From a virus (lineage: Duplodnaviria; Caudoviricetes): a stretch of 45,201 bases of DNA. Made by a program: the position numbers and the translations under genes. This document shows positions 19,511-27,452 of this stretch, one piece after another; within the stretch, counting starts at the first letter, position 1, and every line of letters starts with the position of its first letter. The notes under the pieces were generated by a model. It was not told the DNA's origin, made no database searches, and was given only the letters and a program-made list of their open reading frames with translations. The stretch covers positions 1 to 45,201 of IMG/VR virus record IMGVR_UViG_3300037424_000369, one strand, 5' to 3'.

Positions 19511-19550
19511 ATAAAAGGTCGGTGAGCCACAAGGGATAGACCCACCGACC
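19511..19550 (-). terminator. Rho-independent terminator upstream of the late operon
   Basis: GGTCGGTG (19517-24)/CACCGACC (19543-50) inverted repeat followed by TTTTAT on the minus strand. Confidence 0.6.
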
Positions 19551-19569
19551 ATAAAGAAAAGGAGGCAGG

Positions 19570-19821
19570 TTATTCCTTGAAAATCTTCTTCTTCACAATA
19601 TAGGCCTTCGGGATTGAGATGTGGCCCCGAACAATGTCCTTCTTGCTACGAGTGCCAGTATAGGTCTGCTGACCCAATACTATGCCATTCTCGTCATCCC
19701 GTATCACTATTCCCGCAGACTCACATTCAATAGAACGCAGTAAATCTTTACTGTCAAAGGTGTCCGACTCATCGTCGCAACACGCATCACGCCACTTCAC
19801 CCACGCTACCTTACGCATCAA
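19570..19821 (-). CDS. Conserved phage hypothetical protein
   Basis: 83 aa, WVKWRDA...SAGIVI...IPKAYIV pattern common in phage ORFs. Confidence 0.65.
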   Translation of the reverse strand: MMRKVAWVKWRDACCDDESDTFDSKDLLRSIECESAGIVIRDDENGIVLGQQTYTGTRSKKDIVRGHISIPKAYIVKKKIFKE

Positions 19822-20056
19822 CTACCTCATACGTTGCCTCGAATATGTCAGGTTTGCAAGGGTAAAACTCACCCTTAATACCCTTGATAATCCAGTCGTT
19901 TAACGAAACTTCAAGTATGCCCTCAAGAGTTGCTATCATCAAACTACCGGTTTCTGTGGGTTCCACCTGTCCGCTTGACCATATATCAATATCAGCACCA
20001 TTGGTGCCATCCCACTGTATCGCCTCAATCACTATTGGTTTCTTTCTGAATTTCAT
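19811..20056 (-). CDS. Conserved phage protein (PGDYG-like family)
   Basis: MKFRKKPIVIEAIQW...TLEG...DWIIKGIKGEFYPCKPDIFEATYE. Confidence 0.85.
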   Translation of the reverse strand: MKFRKKPIVIEAIQWDGTNGADIDIWSSGQVEPTETGSLMIATLEGILEVSLNDWIIKGIKGEFYPCKPDIFEATYEVVDA

Positions 20057-20059
20057 ACC

Positions 20060-20221
20060 CTACTCCTTTATCGGCTCAACCCACAAGTTCGTCTGACTCG
20101 CAGTATTAATCTCGTCAACCTCATCAGCTTCGCGAAACTTAAGCAAAGCATCCTCTTCACTCGCGGCCTCAATAATCACATAGTTTGTTTCCGATACCGC
20201 CTGCCACACCCTGTACTTCAT
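20060..20221 (-). CDS. Small hypothetical protein (53 aa, not in track)
   Basis: AGGAGG RBS; MKYRVWQAVSETNYVIIEAASEEDALLKF... Confidence 0.65.
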   Translation of the reverse strand: MKYRVWQAVSETNYVIIEAASEEDALLKFREADEVDEINTASQTNLWVEPIKE

Positions 20222-20287
20222 CGTCTCCTCCTATATCCTCGGTCCAACCAAATAAAACACATTATCAACAATGCAAATATGATTGCG

Positions 20288-20659
20288 TCAAGCATACTCA
20301 CTCAACGCCTGCTTGGTGCGGGTTCTCAGGTCACGCATATCGGCCCTAAACTGCTCTGCCCCACGACATACCTCCGGTGGTGTCCCTGCTATGTCGCCCC
20401 ACTCCCGCAACAGAGAACGAAGTTGCTCCACTTTAATCTTAGCGTGTTCAGCCAAATGAACATTGCGGTTATCGTAACTTGTTCCACTCACGTGCAACGT
20501 CCTACCTGGCCCCAGGAAACAACACTCGGGGCCGGGTATATAAATATGACCAATTCGGTCGCTACTTATATTACCACCGTGAACATCCCCGTAATGCTCG
20601 GATAAGTATTGCTCATCTAAAAAAACATGACCACAGTCCCCACATCCCCACAATCTCAT
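20288..20659 (-). CDS. Hypothetical protein with N-terminal C2H2-like motif
   Basis: CGDCGHVF...EHYGDVH; ATGA overlap with upstream gene. Confidence 0.55.
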   Translation of the reverse strand: MRLWGCGDCGHVFLDEQYLSEHYGDVHGGNISSDRIGHIYIPGPECCFLGPGRTLHVSGTSYDNRNVHLAEHAKIKVEQLRSLLREWGDIAGTPPEVCRGAEQFRADMRDLRTRTKQALSEYA

Positions 20660-20832
20660 CGCTCCTCCTTACCTTGCCACTCCCCACACCAAAATGTCGC
20701 ACTGACAACCGGACATTCCGCCATATCAATCTTATGAATAACCTGTGGCGGATACCTCCTACAGTTACCCTTTCTCAAAAGACCGTCACAGTCTTTCCAA
20801 AATTTGCAACTTATACAAGACTCATTCTCCAT
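20656..20832 (-). CDS. Small Cys-rich protein (CxxCxxW...CRRYPP...WCGEW family)
   Basis: AGGAGG RBS before ATG at 20832; MENESCISCKFW...GNCRRYPP...FWCGEW. Confidence 0.75.
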   Translation of the reverse strand: MENESCISCKFWKDCDGLLRKGNCRRYPPQVIHKIDMAECPVVSATFWCGEWQGKEER

Positions 20833-20851
20833 ACCGTCCTCCTTCGCCCCC

Positions 20852-20880
20852 AATATAATACACCACCACTAAGTTGTCAA
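20852..20880 (-). promoter_or_regulatory. sigma70-type promoter
   Basis: Minus strand TTGACA-N17-TATATT. Confidence 0.75.
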
Positions 20881-21054
20881 GAGGTTTTTCTTGTGTGCTA
20901 AACGCTTACGCTCCATATTGTCGTCTTTAATGTTCATCAAACCATTAAAAGACATCATCTTGCGCACAATCATTAACTTTTGATATGAATGCCACTTATT
21001 AGACGACACTACCAACTCTTTTATCTTGTCCTCACTCATAATACCCCACACCAT
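20869..21054 (-). CDS. Hypothetical protein
   Basis: 61-aa ORF co-oriented with neighbours; no motif recognised. Confidence 0.4.
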   Translation of the reverse strand: MVWGIMSEDKIKELVVSSNKWHSYQKLMIVRKMMSFNGLMNIKDDNMERKRLAHKKNLLTT

Positions 21055-21186
21055 CTACCAACAACTTACAACGGACGATAGAATGGACATACAATCAGGC
21101 CACCACCCAAAAAATCATACTACTTTAGCCCCTTTTTTAACTTTTCGCACCTTCGTAACCCCTTGCCCTGTACCAAAACCACGTTT

Positions 21187-21396
21187 TTAAAAATCGGCTA
21201 TTGTTCGCATCACAGACTCTTTGTACTTCGTAGCGCAAACACCCTGCCACGCAAATACAACATTACACCTCGAATAATCCGACATGAACCGAAACCACCG
21301 ATTCCGACACAGTTCCTTCCATAACGGTTTGCTCTCAACATACACCGCTACCTCACCACCACCCAAAGGCCAAACCTCGCTCATCGCCATCGCCAT
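21187..21396 (-). CDS. Hypothetical protein
   Basis: 69-aa ORF co-oriented with neighbours. Confidence 0.5.
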   Translation of the reverse strand: MAMAMSEVWPLGGGEVAVYVESKPLWKELCRNRWFRFMSDYSRCNVVFAWQGVCATKYKESVMRTIADF

Positions 21397-21536
21397 CTTC
21401 TTCTACCGCCTCGTACCATCCCAAACCCACTCGTGCTCAGGAACAACATCGTTAATCGACTCCACGTGACGCACATTCTTGATTAGTCTAAAACCCATAA
21501 TCCCTCCACTATCCCATATTTATGTTAATATCCTCT

Positions 21537-22094
21537 CTATACCTCTCCACCCTCGCCGGTGGCCTTGTCGGGGTGTATGGCATGGTCGCCTATGCGGTTC
21601 GTGCTGGTGCCCGTGCCCGTGTCGCTTGCCTGCAATGCAATGGCCTGCCGCTGTGCTTGTAATAGCTCTATCTCGCTGTCAATCATAGCAAGGGCTTCAG
21701 CGGTCGACTCATAGGGCTGGTCAGTGGTAACTTCGTTGTTCACCACGTTGACGACCTGAGACGGGCCTTGCTTATTGCCAGTAAGCCCAAGCGCGTCATG
21801 TATCAACACGCCTGCACGTACATTGCCCTTTTTGGCTTGCCTTATCATACTGTTTGCAACCTGAGGTGCCGATTTGGCATACAAATCTGTCACGCACAAT
21901 TTTAGTGCATCGTGAAACTCAGGTTCATGTACATACTTATAGTAAGTGGTTCTACTGATTCCGGTTGCCTTGCAAATATCGGTAATGTCTTGGTCCGAAT
22001 TATCTATGTTGACAAGGTAATCAAGTAGTTTGCGCCGCTTACCTTTATATGGTGCGATGTCTTTGCACCCTTTTCCGCCACTTGGATTATACAT
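21537..22094 (-). CDS. terS: Terminase small subunit-like HTH protein
   Basis: HTH ITDICKATGISRTTYYKY, then AKKGNVRAG motif; upstream of terL on same strand. Confidence 0.7.
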   Translation of the reverse strand: MYNPSGGKGCKDIAPYKGKRRKLLDYLVNIDNSDQDITDICKATGISRTTYYKYVHEPEFHDALKLCVTDLYAKSAPQVANSMIRQAKKGNVRAGVLIHDALGLTGNKQGPSQVVNVVNNEVTTDQPYESTAEALAMIDSEIELLQAQRQAIALQASDTGTGTSTNRIGDHAIHPDKATGEGGEV

Positions 22095-22280
22095 ATCCTA
22101 TATCGGACCTATCCTTTATCGTTTAGCCTTGGGGCTGTAATGGATTATTTTTTTGCACTAATATTGTGCGTTTCAACGAGTTATACTGCACAAATGTCTT
22201 GATTTGACAATGGAATTCAAGATTAAAAGATTTTTATTGTTGATTGATAATGAGTTACGGGGAATTTTGATTTATTTTGA

Positions 22281-22317
22281 AAATAAAACTTGACATATGC
22301 TAAAGGAATAGTATATT
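22281..22317 (+). promoter_or_regulatory. Strong early sigma70-type promoter P1
   Basis: A-tract, TTGACA (22290-95), N16, TATATT (22312-17). Confidence 0.7.
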
Positions 22318-22360
22318 ACTACCGATACTGATAATGAAACCTTTAACAAGGGGAATTGCA

Positions 22361-22537
22361 ATGTGTGAATCATGCCGACAAGTAAGAATTAATGGGATAG
22401 TCTACCATGAAATAGGCTGCCCAGACAGTTGGAAGGACAGGGAATTAAAGTGTGTGTGGTGTGGCGCGAAGTTTACCCCGGAGCATAGACTCCAAAAATA
22501 CTGCTCTGAGGATTGCTATTATTCTGATAACGGCTAA
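22361..22537 (+). CDS. Small zinc-binding early protein
   Basis: AAGGGG RBS then MCESC...INGIVYHEIGCP...CVWCG...YCSEDC. Confidence 0.7.
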   Translation: MCESCRQVRINGIVYHEIGCPDSWKDRELKCVWCGAKFTPEHRLQKYCSEDCYYSDNG

Positions 22538-22592
22538 ACAACCTTGTATATCTTGCGTATGTCGATAACGATCAACTTAACAGGAGGACAAA

Positions 22593-22970
22593 ATGGAAAC
22601 TACGTCAGTCAACACTGTAAAAAATGGCATGCGCCTTGTGGAGATCATTGCAGGCCAGAGGCCTCAGCAATATCCCTGCCCTTGCCGTCCACAACAAACC
22701 ACTTATGTCGGCAACAACGAGGGATACTGCATACTCTGTGGCCGCATAGTTACGTATGCCGATCACGTGGACGGCACGGCAGTATGGCAATCCATCCTGC
22801 CCGATGTCGCGGCCGCGGATCTGCTGGAGCTCGCCGAACACTACAACTGGGCAGAGTGTTGTTATGATAACAACAACATACTCGTACGTAGTCTAACCGG
22901 CGGGGAAGGATCCACCGATTGGTATCCCGTAACCGATCAACAGATATTGGACTGGGAGGCCGCCCGATGA
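22593..22970 (+). CDS. Hypothetical early protein (125 aa)
   Basis: AGGAGG RBS; CPC...CILCG motif. Confidence 0.7.
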   Translation: METTSVNTVKNGMRLVEIIAGQRPQQYPCPCRPQQTTYVGNNEGYCILCGRIVTYADHVDGTAVWQSILPDVAAADLLELAEHYNWAECCYDNNNILVRSLTGGEGSTDWYPVTDQQILDWEAAR

Positions 22971-23030
22971 CCGCCCCTTGTTTTAGGTTGTTTCGCCGGA
23001 CTTCGGACCGGACCTGTCTTTTTGCTTTTG

Positions 23031-23068
23031 AAAATAATGCTTGACATACTAAAGTATTGTGTTATACT
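23031..23068 (+). promoter_or_regulatory. Strong early sigma70-type promoter P2
   Basis: TTGACA (23041-46), N16, TG-T-TATACT (extended -10, 23063-68). Confidence 0.75.
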
Positions 23069-23241
23069 GTCGATAGAGATAATGAACCAATAACAAGGGA
23101 TGGAAAAATGAAAGCTTACAAAAAAGAAATTGAGGCGGCATATTTTGAAGTTAGAAACAATGGTAGTGGCGAAAAGATAGATGGTGTTTTTGCGCCAGCA
23201 AGGGACACAAAAGACTAACCACAAACCGTAGGAACTCAGGC

Positions 23242-23270
23242 AAGGTCAGCTTTGTGGCTGGCCTTTTTTA
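23242..23270 (+). terminator. Rho-independent terminator
   Basis: AAGGTCAGC-TTTGTG-GCTGGCCTT followed by TTTT. Confidence 0.75.
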
Positions 23271-23638
23271 TTATCAGAAACGTATAAAGTGTTTATACAT
23301 AGTTTATATATTTTACATTTAGCACTTTACGTAAAATAAGGAAAGCCGTATTTTACTTTTGATGATTCGTGTTCATTTTTTATGCGTGTTCACGTTTTAT
23401 GAACAAGGTCAAAAAAGTGAACAAGAGGATTTAAACTCTCTGTTATAGCGTTTTTATACGGTTTTAGCCTAAAAACCGTCGATTCGTTGGGATTAGAAGG
23501 GCCAGGACCAAAAAAGTATGGACATGGTATTCCTACTTACGTCGATGAACAACGGGCCAGACTACGCAACCAAGTCTAAGGCATTATCTGATGGCCCCTA
23601 AGAGGGGCTGTCGGTTGACAACGCAACCGACTTTAAGG

Positions 23639-24052
23639 TTAGACCAACTTATTATGGAATATAATCGTATGACCAATATGACTATAATCATGTTGGTATT
23701 GACTAAGCTGTTCAATTAGGTCTGCCTCGTCGTATAGCAGAGGTCCAGAAGTCATTCCTCTGTTACGTTCTAAGGCCACGAATCTATCGAACCTCTGCTT
23801 AATACGACGGACGACTATATCATGACGAAGCCTGCTGTTTGACTGCGCCATACATTCTAATACTGTCAGTCTAAGCTCCTGGCGCAGGTCATCACGCCAA
23901 AACTCATCTTGTAAATACGTCAGCCTGTCAATGAACCCTTTAAATGAATCCAGCGCTTGTTCTGATGTCAGACTTAGTTTACCATCACTGGCAACACAAG
24001 CAGGCGAATATTTAAAGTTGTCGATGTATTGCTTGATTTGGTGCTTGTTCAT
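23639..24052 (-). CDS. sigma-70 region-2-like protein (RsoA/YvrHa-like)
   Basis: QALDSFKGFIDRLTY...RDDLRQELRLTVLE...RIKQRFDRFVALERNRG resembles sigma region 2.1-2.4. Confidence 0.5.
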   Translation of the reverse strand: MNKHQIKQYIDNFKYSPACVASDGKLSLTSEQALDSFKGFIDRLTYLQDEFWRDDLRQELRLTVLECMAQSNSRLRHDIVVRRIKQRFDRFVALERNRGMTSGPLLYDEADLIEQLSQYQHDYSHIGHTIIFHNKLV

Positions 24053-24058
24053 ACATCC

Positions 24059-24280
24059 CTAATAAAGATATTTCACATTTTTTTGAAAAAGCGGTAAAAC
24101 TTTTTTTAACTTTTTTACGAGGTTTCTTACCGTTTTTTCGCTAACTCTAAGTTCTGTGGCAACATAACGTACATTTTCACGTTGTTGAATTATAGACAGA
24201 ATTGGTTCATATTCGGGTCCAAAGTCGGTCAAGAGGCGTTCCCGAAGCAGTCTCATTTGATACGTTTTCTCTGTATCCAT
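24059..24280 (-). CDS. HTH protein resembling sigma region 4.2
   Basis: AGGAG RBS before ATG at 24280; ENVRYVATELRVSEKTVRNLVKKLKKVL. Confidence 0.65.
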   Translation of the reverse strand: MDTEKTYQMRLLRERLLTDFGPEYEPILSIIQQRENVRYVATELRVSEKTVRNLVKKLKKVLPLFQKNVKYLY

Positions 24281-24299
24281 ATTTCTCCTTTCGTGCCTT

Positions 24300-24401
24300 A
24301 ATATAGTGCATTGGGTGATAGTTGTCAACCGATATTTTAGGAATACGTATATAAAAATACGTATAAAAAGTTCTTGACATTTGGAATACAGGTGCTATAC
24401 T
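24300..24401. promoter_or_regulatory. Divergent promoter pair with two ATACGTAT palindromes between them
   Basis: Leftward TTGACA(24328-23)-N17-TATATT(24305-00); rightward TTGACA(24374-79)-N16-TATACT(24396-401); AATACGTATA at 24342-51 and 24356-65. Confidence 0.75.
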
Positions 24402-26272
24402 GTGGTAGTGATGGAGGGCAATGGCTCGATTTGAAAGCAAAATAGCAAAATAGCAAAATAGCAAAGGAGAACATGCATGAAACCAAAACTATACAAACGG
24501 CTTACCGAAGATTTACGCTCACCCTGTAGGTCGTTTTACTGGGAAATTGGCAAGCCGGTAGTCTGTTCCGATTATCAAATCGGCAAGTTCCCTTACGAGG
24601 ACGCTTGCCCTGTTGGGCTATATTATCTCAGGCTCGACCAGCTTATCTATTGGCATCAAACCCTGCCGATATTTGAGGTTGAGATTTCCGGCAAATCGCA
24701 GGAGTGGGGTAAAAAATGCCGAGCGAAAGAGATGGTGATAATCCGCAAATGTGAACCGCATGAAATTATCGATGCTATTGAGCAATCCGGCCTTGAAAAG
24801 AAACTCGGTTATAAATACGCAGAGGCATTATTCCCTGTAAATCCATTATTGCTAAATTTCGGTGTTGAACCAACGAAACACGACATCAAATTATTAGAAC
24901 AATGGGCCAGCATCAGCGTCAGGGACAGCGTCAGGGACAGCGTCGAGGCCAGCGTCGGCGTCTGGGACAGCGTCGAGGCCAGCGTCTGGGACAGCATCGA
25001 GGCCAGCGTCAGCGTCTGGGATAGCGTCTGGGCCAGCATCAGCGTCTGGGACAGCGTCAGGGACAGCGTCAGCGTCAGGGACAGGGTCTGGGACAGCGTC
25101 GAGGCCAGCGTCGAGGCTTATATTGGCTCGATGCTTCCCGGCGTCAAGAAGTGGCGATACATCGACCACAAAAAAGGCATCTATCCGTTTCAACCAGCCG
25201 TCGATTTATGGTATCGGGGATTAGTGCCGAGTTTTGACGGCAAGCTCTGGCGGTTGCATAGCGGACCGGATGCAATGATTGTATGGGAAGGTAAGTAATC
25301 TCCCCCAAAAATCAGGTGCTATACTGTGGTAGTGATTAGTGGGTAATGGCTCGATTTGAAAGCAAAATAGCAAAATAGCAAAATAGCAAAGGAGAACATG
25401 CATGAAACCAAAACTATACAAACGGCTTACCGAAGATTTACACTCACCCTGCAAGCCGTTTCAATGGGAAATTGGCAAGCCCGTAGTCTGTACTGATTAC
25501 CAGATTGGCAAATTCCCTAACGAGGACGATTGCCCTATTGGGCTGTATTATCTGAAACTCGAACAGCTTATCTATTGGCATCAAACCCTGCCGATATTTG
25601 AGGTTGAGATTTCCGGCGAATCGCAGGAGTGGGGGGGGAAATGCAGAGCCAGGGAGATGGTGATAATCCGCAAGTGCGAGCCACATGAAATTATTGAGGC
25701 TATCGAGCAATCAGGACTCGAAAAGAAAGTCGGTTACAAGTATGCCAAAGCGTTATTCCCAGTCAATCCCCTATTGCTTAATTTCGGCATTGAGCCAACA
25801 AAACACGACATCGAATTATTGAGACAATGGCAGAAAGTCGGGGACAGCGTCTGGGACAGCATCGAGGCCAGCGTCGGGAACAGCGTCAGGGACAGCGTCG
25901 AGGCCAGCGTCTGGGACAGCGTCAAGGCCAGCGTCGGGGACAGCGTCGGGGACAGCGTCTGGAACAGCGTCTGGGACAGCGTCAAGGCCAGCGTCGGCGT
26001 CGGGGACAGCGTCGGGAACAGCGTCTGGAACAGCGTCTGGAACAGCGTCGTGGCCAGCGTCGGGAACAGCGTCAGGGCTTATATTGGTTCGATGTTTCCC
26101 AATATCGAGAAGTGGCGATACATCGACCACAAAAAAGGCATCTATCCGTTTCAACCAGCCGTCGATTTATGGTATCGGGGATTAGTGCCGAGTTTTGACG
26201 GCAAGCTCTGGCGATTGCATAGTGGACCGGATGCGATGATAGTATGGGAAGATAAACCCATCCCCCAAAAAT
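24389..26272 (+). repeat. Tandem duplication of a ~0.92-0.96 kb unit (24389-25312 and 25313-26272) including -10 box, leader and gene
   Basis: Both units begin CAGGTGCTATACTGTGGTAGTGAT and end TCCCCCAAAAAT; the encoded proteins are clearly paralogous. Confidence 0.95.
24477..25298 (+). CDS. Phage protein with S-V-x-D/A tetrapeptide repeat tract, copy 1
   Basis: 273 aa; N-domain CPVGLYY...IFEVEISG...KCRAKEMVIIR, repeat tract 24903-25118, C-domain LWYRGLVPSFDGKLWRLH. Confidence 0.9.
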   Translation: MKPKLYKRLTEDLRSPCRSFYWEIGKPVVCSDYQIGKFPYEDACPVGLYYLRLDQLIYWHQTLPIFEVEISGKSQEWGKKCRAKEMVIIRKCEPHEIIDAIEQSGLEKKLGYKYAEALFPVNPLLLNFGVEPTKHDIKLLEQWASISVRDSVRDSVEASVGVWDSVEASVWDSIEASVSVWDSVWASISVWDSVRDSVSVRDRVWDSVEASVEAYIGSMLPGVKKWRYIDHKKGIYPFQPAVDLWYRGLVPSFDGKLWRLHSGPDAMIVWEGK

Positions 26273-26274
26273 AA
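25402..26274 (+). CDS. Phage protein with S-V-x-D/N/A tetrapeptide repeat tract, copy 2
   Basis: 290 aa paralog of 24477..25298; repeat tract 25837-26079 differs in length and order. Confidence 0.9.
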   Translation: MKPKLYKRLTEDLHSPCKPFQWEIGKPVVCTDYQIGKFPNEDDCPIGLYYLKLEQLIYWHQTLPIFEVEISGESQEWGGKCRAREMVIIRKCEPHEIIEAIEQSGLEKKVGYKYAKALFPVNPLLLNFGIEPTKHDIELLRQWQKVGDSVWDSIEASVGNSVRDSVEASVWDSVKASVGDSVGDSVWNSVWDSVKASVGVGDSVGNSVWNSVWNSVVASVGNSVRAYIGSMFPNIEKWRYIDHKKGIYPFQPAVDLWYRGLVPSFDGKLWRLHSGPDAMIVWEDKPIPQK

Positions 26275-26306
26275 CGCTTGACAACGCTAAAGAATTGAAT
26301 TAGATT
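26267..26306 (+). promoter_or_regulatory. sigma70-type promoter P4 upstream of tRNA-like RNA
   Basis: AAAATAACGC-TTGACA (26278-83)-N17-TAGATT (26301-06). Confidence 0.7.
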
Positions 26307-26335
26307 GACGATAGAGTAATTGAAAACTGAATAGG

Positions 26336-26448
26336 GCTGGCGTAGTCTATAAGTAGACGGTTAATCAGGACGCCGAACATTCGTAGGGTAATGATAGCCC
26401 ATATCATACGGCAGTGCAGGTGGCGCACCGGAAACCCTGCCGCCAGCT
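26336..26448 (+). ncRNA. tRNA-shaped non-coding RNA with expanded D-, anticodon- and T-loops (not a canonical tRNA)
   Basis: Acceptor GCTGGCG/CGCCAGC, U8A9, D-stem GTCT/GGAC with GG in loop, CCG/CGG stem, 4-nt variable region, T-stem GCAGG/CCTGC; loops are oversized. Confidence 0.6.
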
Positions 26449-26471
26449 AAGATAACAAAAAGGAGAACGAA

Positions 26472-26696
26472 ATGTCAAAAATGAAGTTTACCGAAGTGAA
26501 GAGAAACGAAATCAAAGTATCGTCCGAAATTGACGACGCCGGAGATTTTCTCATTCGCATAAACGGGACTATCATTGCTTTTCTCGATTCTGACTTCGGA
26601 ACATTATCAATGGTCCCCCTAACCCTAATCGAGGTGAAAAAATTAGAGGAGTTAGGGTTTGAGTTTGATGGCGATAATTTATTAGCAGTTAGATGA
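26472..26696 (+). CDS. Hypothetical acidic protein (74 aa)
   Basis: AAGGAG RBS. Confidence 0.7.
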   Translation: MSKMKFTEVKRNEIKVSSEIDDAGDFLIRINGTIIAFLDSDFGTLSMVPLTLIEVKKLEELGFEFDGDNLLAVR

Positions 26697-26781
26697 CCCG
26701 AATTTGCGTACATGGGTCATTGAATCGGGGCGAGAGTTAGAAATATGGCTCGCCCCGAAATAAACCAAAACGGAGGCAGGA

Positions 26782-27369
26782 ATGGATAACAAGAAACGAG
26801 ATTGGGCCAGCATCTGGACCAAAATCGGCCAGGCGTTTGAAACGCCGTACGAGAAAAGGACTAAGAGGCAATGTAATTTAACAATGAGTGGATTATGTTT
26901 TGCACTTAGTCGCTTCACTCGTGATATTAAACCTTATAAAAAGTTGTCGCAAGTTGTAGGGTTAAGAGGACACACAAAGAATGGTTATTGGTGGTTGTGT
27001 GGTAATAACCAGAATGATTTACAACGTGCCCTATTCGCCTATTTCATGGCAGCCATAGGAAACAAGGAATTTCAAAAGCTATGGGACGAGGCAGGAATGG
27101 ATAAACACACAGAGCAAGCGACAGACAGGCTGTTGGCCGATGTGATGTCTATTAAGAATATAGACTCACTCAAGGCCGATATGCTACAGGAGTACGTGAT
27201 TACCTTAGCTAAGACCACGAATGAGTTTCGTGAGATGGTTAAGGCTTTTCATTGGAGCCATCACAGGGGCGGCAACTGGCGTACTTGCGACCAGATGCCG
27301 TGCACCAAGTATCGGGTAGCGATAGAGCGTGCGGAACGGTTGCTTTACGGGGAGGCGTGCGATGATTAA
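26782..27369 (+). CDS. Two-module hypothetical protein; N-module paralogous to 29611..29970, internal in-frame start at 27097
   Basis: W..IW..IGQAFE...GLC...RALFAYFMAA; 17-bp repeat GAGGCAGGAATGGATAA at 26773-89 and 27088-104. Confidence 0.7.
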   Translation: MDNKKRDWASIWTKIGQAFETPYEKRTKRQCNLTMSGLCFALSRFTRDIKPYKKLSQVVGLRGHTKNGYWWLCGNNQNDLQRALFAYFMAAIGNKEFQKLWDEAGMDKHTEQATDRLLADVMSIKNIDSLKADMLQEYVITLAKTTNEFREMVKAFHWSHHRGGNWRTCDQMPCTKYRVAIERAERLLYGEACDD

Positions 27370-27452
27370 CCGCATAATCTTTGAGCCGTTGATTGACGAG
27401 AACGGCAAGGTCGTTGTAAGCTCTGTCTTAATGCCGAGAAGGAGAGTAAGCC

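Noticed and set aside
24903-26079. CRISPR-like or mini-array repeats
   Set aside because: Units are 6-12 nt, in frame and protein-coding, with no unique spacers.
24903-26079. DSV/DSI motifs in the repeat proteins as glycosylation sequons
   Set aside because: These proteins have no signal peptide and the motif arises from the repeat unit; excluded from the sequon argument.
24809-26198. Alternative-frame and antisense repeat ORFs (DAVPDA..., TLSQTL..., QRRGQR...)
   Set aside because: Shadows of the stop-free 12-nt repeat; the + frame with RBS and conserved flanking domains is the real gene.
24389-26272. Diversity-generating retroelement (TR/VR pair)
   Set aside because: Differences between copies are not adenine-specific, both copies are full ORFs, and no reverse transcriptase motif is visible in the genome.
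26336-26448. Canonical tRNA gene or tRNA-derived attP
   Set aside because: No 7-nt anticodon loop, no TTCRA T-loop, and no integrase recognised; reported as tRNA-like ncRNA instead.
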